From assembly GCF_000143415.4 (NCBI RefSeq), contig NW_003314420.1:41279-105278 (forward strand): 64,000 nucleotides of DNA. The letters run 5' to 3'. Of the stretch, positions 25,507 through 38,399 are shown piece after piece. Positions within the stretch are counted from its first letter, which is position 1; every line of letters begins with the position of its first letter. The DNA comes from Selaginella moellendorffii (taxonomy: Eukaryota; Plantae; Lycopodiophyta). The notes beneath the pieces were generated by a model that saw nothing but the letters and a program-made list of their open reading frames with translations, was not told where the DNA came from and did no database searches. Both the position numbers and the translations under genes were made by a program.

Positions 25507-25664
25507 CATAGTAGAGCTTTTGAGGTAGCTTGAGGGGGGGGGGGGGGTGATTGGGTGGTGAGGAACCTTAAAAGATTGGGTGGTGAGGAACCTTAAAAGA
25601 AGGTGTAGTGTAGTCTAGGAAGACTAGATCTTTGTCTTTTTGCCCCAGATCATAATATATGGGT

Positions 25665-28600
25665 CATATGGCCATAGATAGAAAAGGGATTTGGTGGGGA
25701 CTATAGAAGGGATATTGAGGAAGGCTGTTCCCCATGTCTGCAGGCATCCTAAGGATGCTAAGGAGTGGATCTATGATGATCACTCATGAATAGAATTGGA
25801 CACGTGGAGCACTTGGACCAAGTGTAAAGGTTGAGTGGCATGGATGCCATTCTTGGGTTAGCAAGCCCCAAGTCTAGAATAGGACTTATGAAGGTTGTGA
25901 GTGAGACTCCTCTAAGTGGTCAGAGGTGTGGTTAAGTGACTAAAGTAGAATAGGAAATTTAGTCACTTACAATTTGGTATCAGAACTGTTCTGTAGTCTG
26001 ACTTTTATTGGTGCTCAAGTATATCACCACTTGTGTTGGCATCGGAAGGTCCTAGGAGTGGGCCTATCTTTGAGGAGTAGCAGGTCGGGAGGACATGGCT
26101 CTCCACTACAATTCATGTGTGAACTTGTAGGTAAGATGGTGGATAGAACAGAGCTAATAAGGGAACAATTTTGAGATTTTAGGAACAGTATAAAGTTTTC
26201 CTCAGAGAGTTAAAAAGGTGATCTAGATGAATGTTTGACTTAATAAGTTAGCTAATATAGTTGTGGTAAACACCTATAGTTGGGATCATGGGAAGGATAA
26301 AGACTCTAAGATAATAAGGAGTCGTAGGATTATCCTCATATAGTTGAGGATGTTGCTCATAAATTTGAGACGAGAATTAATGAGTATGGGAGATCAAATA
26401 CGGAAAAGGATAGAAGTCCTTGAAATGGTAGCCGGGGCTATATTGAATAAATGTTGGAACAATCTAAAGAGTTGGGTGTGAGGATGAGTTGGTATTCTTA
26501 TCACATGGACAAATAGTTCTAAGGGGCAAAAGTAGCCCATATGGAATAAAGAATAATCAAATGTTAGAATAATATTTGTAAAAATGGTCCTTATGAGTAG
26601 AATATGAATAAAAGAAGTTATATTCCAACAAGTTGGCACCTCAAAAGTAGGATGTTATGGGTCGTCGGATTAGTAAAGTCCAAAAAGCTGGATGATTCAA
26701 GTGGAATCAAGAAATGGTCCTAAGGGATTAGTAAGAGCATTTAGACTGAGGTGTGTTGTACCCCATGAAGGATGGGGAGGATCATAAAATCCAAGTATGA
26801 GAATAGTGAGTATTTCATTAATGACAAAATATGCCATATTAAAGTTGTGGGAAAGTGTTCCCGAAAGAAAGCAACTTTAGTGTAGAGTTATGTGTGAATA
26901 CTATAGTGCAGTGCTAGCTGATAGTTAACATGAAAAATGATTGTTTTGGTCTTGGCAAAGACCTAGACAAGTGCTATAAGGGTAGGCTTGTAAAGTCGAT
27001 AGTGTGGAGACACCAAATGTGCCAAGGTATGATGCCTTGAGATCAAGTTAGCAAGTTCATGAGAACCCTTTGCCCAAGGAATCCCAATGGAAATGAGAAT
27101 AGTATAGCCTAAGTTGGAAAGCATGTAGTTAGAGTGTGGTGACCCAAATAATGATGGAAGTGTGAAAACATTAGTAATGAGTTGTAAGACTTGACAACTA
27201 TAAAACAACTAAGCAAAAGGTGTAAAATAATTAAATGGATTGGTAGAAGTTAACTACCCAAGACTTTTTATTGGGATAAGGAGGTTAAATATACCCTTTC
27301 AAAGGATAAATTGCTTATAGTGCAATATAGTAAGTCAATGTTATAAAGGGAAATGTTTGTTATCAAAGAAGGCCATAATTAGGATACCTAAACACTCTAA
27401 AACACCAGAAAGTTGTGTTTGATATTATAAGAGCATTAGATAAGGCCCAAAGGAATAGGTCCCTAGTGAATAATGAATAAAGTGCTATCCAACGTTCAAG
27501 GTTGTAGAGACAAGAGAAGTTTGTCTATCCGGATTGGACAAAGCCAAAAAGGAATTTTGGCAAAGCTAGTGATAGGCTTATAAAGGCCCATAAGTAAGCA
27601 ATGTTAATCCCAGTGTATTGGATTATAACGTGAGCATATTCAGATTGAGGAACCACACCCTAGGCTATCGGGTAAGTTTATCCCTAATAAATACTTGTTA
27701 ATGCATGGTAGAAAGTGCAAAATTATCCTCTTAACCTAGAGGGGAATAACCTAAGGAAATATATGAGGCCAAAAGCAAATGATAAATGGGTGGAATTGAA
27801 CTATAGTAATCAAAGAGCATAATCAAGAGTGGTTATGCAAGTTGGGAGTGAAAAATCAAATGGGTGTTTGAAGGTGTTGCTATTAGAAATTGTGATGCCA
27901 TGGAGAGTTTAAAGTATGTTAGACCATATAACAATTAGAAGGCTTGCGAAAGAGAGGCATTAGCAAGCTAAGGGACAAAGTCCCTTCAAAGTTCCCAAAG
28001 ACAATTCTAGATAGATTAGTACTTAAAAAAACAAGTGTAAATGATTTATAAAATGCACGAAATCAAAGTGGTGTTGTAGAAGTGTGGTCTTGAAGCTTGT
28101 TATGAGGTGAGGCTATCAAGGCTAGGGAAATAGTCTTTGAGTGTTCAAAAAAATGGATTTGAACGAAAGTCGATGGTTAAGAACTTTCACACTTATTCAT
28201 GAAACCATATTACGCTAGCTGAGTGACTTGCTAAGTGAGATTGGCAATTTGGGCGGGGGGGACATAGACCTTAATTGAAGGTGTAACTACAAAAGGGGGT
28301 GGCCTATGGGGCCAAGCATGGAGGAGTCCATACATAATCACAGACTTGTCAAGTGAAAGGACTTGGCAGTTTAGAGGAACCCGGGGTGGTTAACAAGATA
28401 AAAGTCTAGAAGACCTAGTACTTATTAGCAAACCTACTAAGGTGTTAAGGTTATATCACTAGGTGATCTTATGGCTGAAACAAGGACAAAGTCCTTATGA
28501 GGTTGAGGAATAAAATTCTTAGTTCAAAGTGTTGATTTGAACTATTGGTAATACTATGGCTTGGTCAAAATGACCAAGTGGGAACAACACCCAAGGAAAA

Positions 28601-29204
28601 ACACTTGGCAGTGCACCCAAGCTAGCCCTTCCAACCAAGGGTCCATAGCAACTGAGACTAGGTGTCCCCATCTCATTCATCACGTCTTTGGTGCCACTTA
28701 CACCAAAGTGTTCAAGTTAGATAAACAAAGGGAATGACTTGAGAGACGATCCATAAGGGTTCAAATATAAAGGGAAAGGGCCTATGAATAAAAGTGCACC
28801 CCCTTTTCCAATCGGTTAAGGGTCTTGGGATATTTGGGGTTAAGCGTCCTTGGGTTTGAATAGTACTGGGTTGGGTGACCTCCCGGGAAGTCCAAATTCA
28901 TGAGCTTACACTTACTAGGGGTAAATACCCTTTAGACATGGCAAAGCAAAGCTTTTGCTATAGAACCGAAAGAATACCTTAAAAATGGAGGTAGTGATCC
29001 TATGTTGCTTGGTGCAACAATCAAAGGATAGGAGCAAAAGACTAGGCGCCAAGAATGGGCCATGGAAATCTTTAGAAGGAATCCAAATGGAAAAGTTAGG
29101 TGAGGAACATTTATGTGTTTGATACTAACAGATTTTGGAAAAGGAAATATATTTCCAAAGATGGATTCCTAAATATTTCAATTTGGCAAAATGAAAGCTC
29201 CAAT
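25665..29204 (+). mobile_element. Family A retroelement: partial 5' LTR (to 25971), iMet PBS and degenerate internal region
   Basis: LTR end TTAGTCACTTACA followed by TGGTATCAGA; weak integrase zinc-finger-like remnant near 26745-26850; homologous to 1-1875. Confidence 0.72.
28724..28910 (+). mobile_element. 5'-truncated Cassandra-type LTR with the best-preserved 5S segment (28839-28893)
   Basis: GTTAAGCGTCCTTGGGTTTGAATAGTACTGGGTTGGGTGACCTCCCGGGAAGTCC; ends GAGCTTACA. Confidence 0.85.
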
Positions 29205-31821
29205 GGAGAACGTTTCTACCTATGTATGCTCCTGCTCCACAAAAAAAGTGCTACAAGTTTTAGTGATTTAAAGGTATTAAACGGTATTGCATATGACACA
29301 TACTATTCTACTGTACAAGAAATGGGACTTCTATAGAATGATTATGAGTGGGAGAAATGTTTAGAAGAGTCATTGATATTTCAAATGCCTGCAAAAGTAA
29401 GGTATCTATTCAGTGTCATGTATTTGTTTTGCGAGCTTATTAATCCCAAAAAACTATGGGATAAATTCAAGGAAGGCATGTATGAAGATTTGGTCTAAAA
29501 TCACAACAACTATGAAGCAACAATGCAACATGGATTGCATGAAATGTCAATATTACTCTAGGAATATGGCAAGAAACTGTCCGACTACGAGTTACCAGAT
29601 CTAGAGTTTATAGATGATAATGAAACAACAACTGAAACAAGCTGTGTGCCATGCACACTTGATGAAGCTAAATTACTAAAAACCAGATTATTGTAAGCAA
29701 CCAAACAGAACAACTCAAGAGATGATCCATAGGGTTCAAACACAGAGGGAAAAGGCCCATGAACAAGAGTACACCCTTTTTCCAATCGGTTAAGGGTCTT
29801 GGGATATTTGGGGTTAAGTGTCCTTGGGTGTGAATAGTATTGGGTTGGGTGACCTCCTGAGAAGTCCAAACTCAGGAGCTTACATTTGGTATCAGAGGGG
29901 TCTTGGGTCTGACTCTGTTGGTTGGCTAGGGGAATCACACCACATATTGATTGACATCTAGCTGGTCCAGTTATCTCCTGTTGGGCTCGACCTGAGGGGT
30001 AGGGTGCAAGAGAGAAGGGCTCGACCCGAGGGGTAGGGTGTCAAGAGAACGGGGCTCTCGGGAGAGCTGCGGCTCTCAGCTTCTGTTCACGAGGGCATGA
30101 ACCCCATGGAATATCTCTCAAGTCATTCTCTTTAGTTGCTTACAATCCACCACGCTTCCCTGCAAGTTCATGCCCTCGTGAACAGCAACCAAAGAGAACG
30201 ACTTGAGAGACGGTCCATGGGGTTCAAATATAGAGGAAAAGGGCCCATGAATAAGAGTACACCCCCTTTTCCAATTGGTTAAGGGTCTTGGGGATATTTG
30301 GGGTTAACTATCCTTGGGTTTGAATAGTACTGGGCTGAGTGACCTCCCGGGAAGTCCAAACTCAGGAGCTTACAATTATTGAATAGCTTCACATATTTAA
30401 CAACGTTTTAAATGCAATACAAAACAAAAAAGAAACAAGCAGATTATTCTTTGTTGATGGTGTGGGAGGCATGGGGAAATCATACCTTTTTAACACACTG
30501 ATAAAATATGTCACTGCTTATGGCATGAAAGTCTTAGCAGTAATGTGGACAGAAATAGTGAGTACTCTTCTTATAGGAGGCCAAACATCTCATTCAACAC
30601 TTAAGCTTCCGGTACCAATCACAGAAACATGCACCTTGGACCTATGAGAGAATTCAGCACCTGCCAAAGTCATAAGAAAAGCTGACCTGCTCATATGGGA
30701 CGAAATAAGCATGGTACCCATTCATGCTTTTAAAGCTGTCAAGAGGGTCTTGCGCAACATAAAAAAATGTGATACAGAATTTGGTGGCATCACATTAGTA
30801 ACAAGAGGAGATTTTAGACAGACATTACCTGTTCTAAACAGAGCCTGTCGCACAAAAATTGTCCAAAACAGCATGAAATCCTCACCAATATGGTGGAAAC
30901 TTGTAAAGTTCTCATTACATACAAACATGAGGGTGAACTCTGAAGAAAAGGAATGGTCTAGATGGTTTCTAAAGCTTGGAAATGGTAACCTACCTAGCCT
31001 CCAAGGATTCCACCAGGAAGTTATAAAATTACCTTGAATATTGACATCCAGAGAACAAATGATAGATAATGTGTTTGGAAAGCATATACAACCAAATGAC
31101 CCAAACCTATCACAGAAAGCTATTCTCATGACTTTAAATGATCTCTCTCTACAAATGAATGACTAAGTTCTTTCGAGAATGACTGGCAGAACAATAACAT
31201 ACAGAAGCATTGACATTGTAGAAACAGATTCAGAAGAAGAGATGTTGGGCTATCCTATAGAATTCTTAAACTCAGTAACACCATCTGGAATGCCTCCACA
31301 CAAGATACAGATAAAAATCGGATGTATCATAATGTTGTTGTGCAACATTGACACTAAAAAAGGCCTCTGTAATGGCACTAAACTAATTATAACCAAGGCA
31401 CTACCAAATGTTATAGAAGCTGAGATTCTACATAATGGTATGCAAGGAGAAAAAGTCCTCCTACCAAGAATCTCTTTAAAACCAACTGATGGAGACATGC
31501 CATTTATCTTTAAATGACGACAATTCCCAATAAAGCTTGCATTCTCCATAATAATTTGCAAATCTCAAGGACAAACATTACAGAATGTGGGTATCTACTT
31601 GCCAAGACCAGTTTTTGGCCACAGTCAACTTTAAGTTGCACTTTCAAGGGGAACATCAAAGAAACAAATTACAATATTTATCGAATAATGTGAAGGACAA
31701 GGTGTGCTCCAGAACCATATTGTCTATACGAAAAACATTGTGTACAAAGAAATTCTCTAGGATTCATGTCACCAATGTAACAAATGTCTATATATCCCAG
31801 CAGAGCTGAATTCCCTGCTAG
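29205..31821 (+). mobile_element. Helitron 3' half: Rep-helicase linker, PIF1 helicase pseudogene and 3' terminus
   Basis: GERFYLCMLLLH, DGVGGMGKS, IWDEISM, GDFRQTLPV, GMPPHKIQIKIGCIIMLL, GLCNGT, KSQGQTL; 3' hairpin CCCAGCAGAGCTG and CTAG end at 31818-31821 followed by T. Confidence 0.92.
29692..30374 (+). mobile_element. Full-length Cassandra-type TRIM inserted in the Helitron coding region
   Basis: LTR1 29692-29884, PBS TGGTATCAGAG (iMet), short non-coding interior, LTR2 ending 30374; 5-bp TSD ATTAT (29687-29691 / 30375-30379); both LTRs carry the 5S-like segment. Confidence 0.92.
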
Positions 31822-31992
31822 TATATTTAAACGACAGAGCTAGTATAATAATAGCATATGCTAGGGACACTTATTCTGGGCATTGCCAAAATTTAACGGT
31901 TGAGATTAAATAATGGAGAGTCGTGACTTTTGGGATCATTACAAATTTATGGAAAGTGATGTAGAGGAGAGAGCGTTGGTAGTGGGAAGGTA

Positions 31993-31993
31993 C

Positions 31994-32036
<43 letters not shown>
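31993..32036. repeat. (CT)n microsatellite
   Basis: Directly visible. Confidence 0.95.
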
Positions 32037-32039
<3 letters not shown>

Positions 32040-35000
32040 GATAACAGATTTTTGAAAACAACAGCACCACCTGAAAAATCAGGATTGTGCACACATTCGA
32101 GCAAGGCAAAGATGTTAAGAAGAGTCACGGCAAAGAGAGTGCAAGCAACAAATGGAAGAAGAGCACCGTTTGTACATCGTTTACATCTTTTTCTTTTTAA
32201 AAATTTACATCTCTTTCTCGTCATAGGAAAAACCTGGAGAAGTATCTGGAGGAGCTAAAGGCCAGGCATTGTGAAGTTTCAATCAAGGTAGACCAAAGAA
32301 AACAGCAGAAGATTTGCACAACCAATGGCCATGGTACTGCAGTTGCAGATTGGAGGCCAAAAGTGAAAGGCTGACTGCCGTGTAGAGAGAGCAAATGAAA
32401 CTCTTAATACAAGCAACCTTTGGAAGAAGATACTTTTGGCATGAGTGACAGAGACTTCAAAGAAGAAGTAGAAGAAGATGTAGATGAAGATGAAGCAAAA
32501 CTGAGTCGTCTAACCTCGAGACTCAAGGTATATCACTTTCGTCACTACTTTTGTTTTTCCTTCCTAACTGCTTTACTTCCAGGAAATTGATCTTTCATAT
32601 ACTTCGAGTGCCACCACCAGGACCGTAGAGTAATAATGCCAGAGTTTGTAATACAATGGCCTCTTACTGAGAAGGATTACCAAATAGGACATGGTGTGGA
32701 ATGATTCAGAGATATTCTTCCAGCGGAGTGGGAGAAATGGCATCCATTGTTATGAGGAGAGTGCCAGACTAACTCGTTAGGCGAGTTATGGATGGGACGA
32801 TTCTACTCACGGGTAGAAACCGCGAGTTTGATGGATTTAACAAGAGGATGTTCTTAGAGAGATCGATCATTGGACTCGGTTATCAGAGTGGTGCGAGCAG
32901 CAGACCCGTGAGTAGAATCATATGAAGGAATAAGAACTTAAGCTGATACAAAACAAGCTGCACTCTGTGTTTGCATCGGGTAGTTTCTTTAGTTTGTTTT
33001 CACAGGTTTACACAGAAGATTTAAAAGATGATTGATTCTAATGCATCCAATGCTATATAGTATAAGAAAAATTGAAAAACAGGACATGTACATGAAATGT
33101 GGATGCCTAGTGGATTCTCAGCCAGCTTTGACAAGATGGCTTGCCAGAGCGCTGTGTTGTAGATGTCACTGATGCTGGGATTGGCAAGAAGGTGGTTCTG
33201 GAGCTGTTTGTTTGTGATGGTTTTGCCATAAGCCTCTCCACAGTGCTCAAGTTGTGGGGGCGACTGGTGGATCTGTGGCTTGGAGAAGGAGAGGGTCACT
33301 CCCAGACGTGTAGAAAGCAATGCTGCTGTGTCAAACTTGGTAAAAGTTTTTTGAATCTGACTTTGTTCTTGTGTCAGGATTTCAGGATAAATACAACACA
33401 GAGAATAGGCCTTGGCCTTGTTCTAGAGAGATCTACAAGGCACATAGTTACATTCATCACATTTGTTTCTGTTATTTTCAACTGCACATGTGTTGTCCCA
33501 TCAAGCCAGATGATTGCTCAGATTCTTCTCAGATAATTCAAATTCTCTGCTTGAGAAAGTAGTGATCGCAACAAACAAGTACTTCAAGCCACCTGGATTG
33601 CTGTCAAGATTTGATCGTGAGTTAAAAGCTCTTGGATAGATTTCTTTCACAATTTTTTGCAGGGCTGGCACTGAAACAAAGTGGCATTGACAATGAGGTA
33701 GCCAATGAATTTACATGTGACTCAAATTGTGTAGTTTATTATATATAATACTAAGATATATGTGAACATCAGCTACTCGAGCAACTTGGGGAAGATGAGT
33801 ATGACACATGTCTTGGAGCTTCCTCTTCATAGTGACCTCCCATGCCTCACTTCCATCATCAATAGTATGTGATGAGTGAGAGTGAACGAAATGCCTTTAA
33901 AAGAATAAACAGATTTACATAACATATAATATGTATAAGATGGGCGTCTCTAGCAAAGTTCTCCAGTTGTACCTTGAAGCATTGTTGAAAAAATGCGAAG
34001 AGTAAGACAAGCACCCAGATGACCATTGTGTTTGTGGTGCCATATAACAAGAGGATCTACCTCTGGAACTAAGTGACTTGTGCAACCTTTCTGAGCCACC
34101 CAACTTTGACAACACTTGGGCCATGACAATCCTTTTCTAATGTTTAGTGATCAGACAAGTTGCATCAAAGAACTTCTTGGATTCATGATTGGAGTTTAGA
34201 CTGACCTTTTCCAGGAGTATTGACAACAGAAGTAAGTTGAAGGTTTTTTTTCTAGATTCTTGAGTGTCCAGAGCTGGTTGCCAGAATCTGGTAATTGAAC
34301 CTTTATTATTATAGATGTATACTCTTTTCTTTTTGGTTTTGAAGGTATTATTAATCAACTTAGTTGCAAAGACTTATGAGGAGCTCATTGAATTGCTAAA
34401 AGACTTACTGGTGGTGGGGAGGATGAAAAGAGAGACACCTTGGAAAATGATAATCCCAAGATCTTTGCCAATAATTTATTCCCCTCTTCTATGTGGCTAG
34501 AGTGGATGCAAGTGCTTAGAAGCTGCATTGTGCACCTGCAAAGTTTCTGTGAAAAAAATTGCTGCATTGAAAGCTGTAAATGACTATTGAATTACACTCC
34601 TTTAGACATGGACAATTGCAAGTGCGAAACGTTTCCTGGTAGAAACTGGAATTTTGATGTAAAAGGATATGCTCACAGCAACATAAAGTGGCCTGTCTAG
34701 ATCAGATTAGTTCTTCTTTTTCACTCTACTTTCTTACAGACAAAGTCATGATCTGTTTTTAAAAAAGCCATTTCTAAGGGAATCAGACAGCATTAAATAA
34801 ACTGTTGTGTATGTGTCTCTAGACACAACTTTGAAGCCATGAGCTTGGTTTGATTTGGTACATGATATTTGTACATTAACTCAGGGCATAGAAATGATTT
34901 CCAAACACATGTGTGTGTTTGATTTTATTTAGTGTTTTGCTCTTTCTCGTAAAGATTTTAGGTAAAAATCTAAATGTCTATATGTCATTCCAGATCACGA

Positions 35001-35267
35001 TCCTAAAAAAAGCTTAAAACATTCAAAAGGAAACGTGCAGGCAGAAAACAGTTCAGAAGAGTGACCTGCACATACAAGAATCTCTATTCTATTGTGCAAT
35101 TGCCATGTTTGCTTGAATATAAAACAGAAAAAAAACAAAAAAAATTTCTTACTGATAAGAAACAGCATCATTGCATGATGATCTAAACAGAACTAACACC
35201 TACCAATGCTATTCTACTTTGCTGAAATCCACTAGCCTATTATACAAATTCAAATACCTAGCTGGAA

Positions 35268-36076
35268 ATGGGAAGCAAGAGAAAGTGGAAAACTGTCGAT
35301 GCCATTTTAGAAGGAGCAAATCGATATCAAGAACTCATACCTTTTACCACTAATGTGGAGATTTGTTTGGAAACTAATATGGACAAAAACAATGCTTGCA
35401 GAATATGTGAAACGAGAGATGTTATGTCAATTGGCAATTTCTGTCACATGATTTCCTGTATTCCTGCAACTACTGCTTGTAGTGCAGTGAGACGAAAGAA
35501 ATACATGGTTTAATGTCGGAGAATGGAAATGGAAAATGTGAGCAACATTATCTTGATAAGATGGAAAAACAATGCATACATTGTAAGGCCCTTTTGTTTT
35601 TATGATGGAAAGTGTTTTCAACTGTTGTTGTGGTGGGATACAAATTCACATCCTTTTTCTCAATTTATCCAGAAACTGCTGGAAGAAACACCACAGCAAG
35701 AAAATTTTAAAGATTTAATACGAAATTATAATAGTACATTAGCATTTGCATCAATGGGTGCAAACATTGCAGTAGATGGCCCTTATTATTTTAAAGTACA
35801 TGGACAAATTTATCATAATATTGGAAGTTTCAGACCAAATAATGAAAAAGATGCGGTTTATTCACAATTATATATTTTAGATACTGCTCAAGCAACAGAA
35901 ATAAGAATGAAAAACAAATACAATTCTAAATGTGATGAGCAACTAATGGGTGATCTTGATAAATTATTAAGAGAAATAAATCCCTATACTAATGCATTTA
36001 AAATGCTGTGGGAAATGGAAAATGAAATGTTAAATTCAACAAATATTCAAGGAGATATAAGTGATATTATAATGTA
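35268..36076 (+). pseudogene. Helitron RepHel N-terminal region fragment
   Basis: Cys cluster, IRNYNSTLAFASMG, GPYYFKVHGQIYHNIGS, YSQLYILDT, LREINPY; cut by an inverted Helitron end at 36077. Confidence 0.88.
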
Positions 36077-37925
36077 CTAGCAGGGAATCCAGCTCTGCTG
36101 GGATAGATAGGACATCTGTTACATTGGTGACATGAATCCTAGAGAATTTCTTTGTACACAATGTTTTTTGTATAGACATTATGGTTCTGGAGCACACCTT
36201 GTCCTTCACATTATTCGATAAACATTGTAATTTGTTTCTTTGATGTTCCCCATGAAAGTGCAACGTAAAGTTGACCGTGGCAAAAAACTGGTCTTGGCAA
36301 GTAGATACCCACATTCTGTAATGTTTGTCCTTGAGATTTGCAAATTATTATGGAGAATGCAAGCTTTATTGGGAATTGTCGTCATTTAAGATAAATGGCA
36401 TGTCTCCATCAGTTGGTTTTAAAGAGATTCTTGGTAGGAGGACTTTTTCTCCTTGCATACCATTATGTAGAATCTCAGCTTCTATAACATTTGGTAGTGC
36501 CTTGGTTATAATTAGTTTAGTGCCATTACAAAGGCCTTTTTTAGTGTTAATGTTGCATAACAACATTACGATACATCTGATTTTTATCTGTAGCTTGTGT
36601 GGAGGCATTCCAGAGGGTGGTACTGAGTTTAAGAATTCTATAGGATAGTCCAACATCTCTTCTTCTGACTCTGTTTCTACAATGTCAATGCTTCTGTACG
36701 TTATTGTTCTGCCAGTCATTCTTGAAAAAACTTAGTCATTCATTTGTAGAGAGAGATAATTTAAAGTCGTGAGAATAGCTTTCTGTGATAGGTTTGGGTC
36801 ATTTGGTTGTATATGCTTTCCAAACACATTATCTATCATTTGTTCTCTGGATGTCGATGTTAGAGGTAATTTTATAACTTCCTGGTTGAATCCTTGGAGG
36901 CTAGGTAGGTTACCATTTCGAAGCTTCAAAAGCCATCTAGACCATTCCTTTTCTTCAGAGTTCACCCTCATGTTTGTATGTAATGAGAACTTTACAAGTT
37001 TCCACCATATTGGTGAGGATTTCACGCTGTTTTGGACAATTTGTGTGCGACAGGCTCTTTTTAGAACAGGTAATGTCTGTCTGAAATCTCCTCCTGTTAC
37101 TAATGTGATGCCACCGAATTCTATATCACAGTTTTTTATGTTGCGCAAGACCCTCTTGACAGCTTTAAAAGCGTGAATGGGTACCATGCTTATTTCGTCC
37201 CATATGAGCAGGTCAGCTTTTCTTATGACCTCGGCAGGTGCTGAATTCTCTCATAGGTTCGAGGTGCATGTTTCTGTGATTGGTACCGGAAGCTTAAGTG
37301 TTGAATGAGATGTTTGGCCTCCTATAAGAAGAGTACTCACTATTTCTGTCCACATTACTGCTAAGACTTTCATGCCATAAGCAGTGACATATTTTATCAG
37401 TGTGTTAAAAAGGTGTGATTTCCCCGTGCCTCCCACACCATCAACAAAGAATAATCTGCTTGTTTCTTTTTTGTTTTGTATTGCATTCAAGACATTGTTA
37501 AATATGTGAAGCTGTTCCNNNNNNNNNNNNNNNNNNNNNNNNNNNNNNNNNNNNNNNNNNNNNNNNNNNNNNNNNNNNNNNNNNNNNNNNNNNNNNNNNN
37601 NNNNNNNNNNNNNNNNNNGCATGGCACACATCTTGTTTCAGTTGTTGTTTCGTTAACTCCTATAAACTCTGGATCTGGTAACTTGTAGTCGGACAGTTTC
37701 TTGCCATGTTCCTAGAGTAATATTGACATTTCATGCAATCCATGTTGCATTGCTGCTTCATAGTTGTTGTGATTTCAGACCAAGTCTTCACACATGCCTT
37801 CCTTGAATTTATCCCATAGTTTTTTGGGATCAATGAGCTCGCAAAACAAACACATGACACTGAATAGATACTTTACTTTTGCAGGCATCTGAAATGTCAA
37901 CGACTCTTCTAAACATTTCTCCCAC
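36077..37925 (-). mobile_element. Second Helitron 3' half (PIF1 helicase pseudogene and 3' terminus), close relative of 29345-31821
   Basis: Near-identical translated motifs (DGVGGTGKS, GGDFRQTLPV, GMPPHKL); 3' end CCCAGCAGAGCTGGATTCCCTGCTAG at 36102-36077. Confidence 0.92.
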
Positions 37926-38039
37926 CATAAAGCAAAGCATGATTGGTGCCTAAATACTTCTGGTAAGAGCCAGTGGTCATGCAAGCTCATCCACAAGTGA
38001 CTGGTAAGCTGCAGCACTGACCCTCAAATACCACAAGTT

Positions 38040-38339
38040 GAAAAAAAAAATAGAGAAGAAATTGAAAAAGCTACAAGAAAAGTGAAATCTAGACAATGCA
38101 AAGCTAAATCTAAACCAAAATCCTAAATCCAAACTCTTTTTAGGGACAATTAAAGCTACCCCTCATCTCCACCAATGTGAGTGCATGGAATATAGAAATG
38201 GAATATAGAAATGTACACATCAATTAGCCAAAAACCTTAGCTTAATATAGGAGTGGAGTGAAACCAATCTGATAGCTATCAAAATCCCACTACACTAATA
38301 TTAGTATACAACATTGTAGCTGTACACTTGGACCTCACA
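38040..38339 (-). mobile_element. Older fragment (LTR 38176-38339, PBS, 5' UTR) of the same Gypsy family as 1878-5850
   Basis: Aligns with 5560-5850; differences are mostly CG/CHG transitions. Confidence 0.88.
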
Positions 38340-38399
38340 CCTTCAATTATTTGTTCTAAAGTGAGTCACAGATCACTAAATTGGAATGAACCCAAAAAG

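Larger units (their letters stand above)
23509..25657 (+). mobile_element. Short LTR (family B) interrupted by a family A solo LTR
   Basis: 23509-23631 joined to 25512-25657 matches the uninterrupted reverse-complement copy at 43852-44078. Confidence 0.8.

Noticed and set aside
28839-28893. 5S rRNA gene
   Set aside because: Only ~55 nt of the 3' half match, and it lies inside a TG...CA LTR, so it is Cassandra-derived
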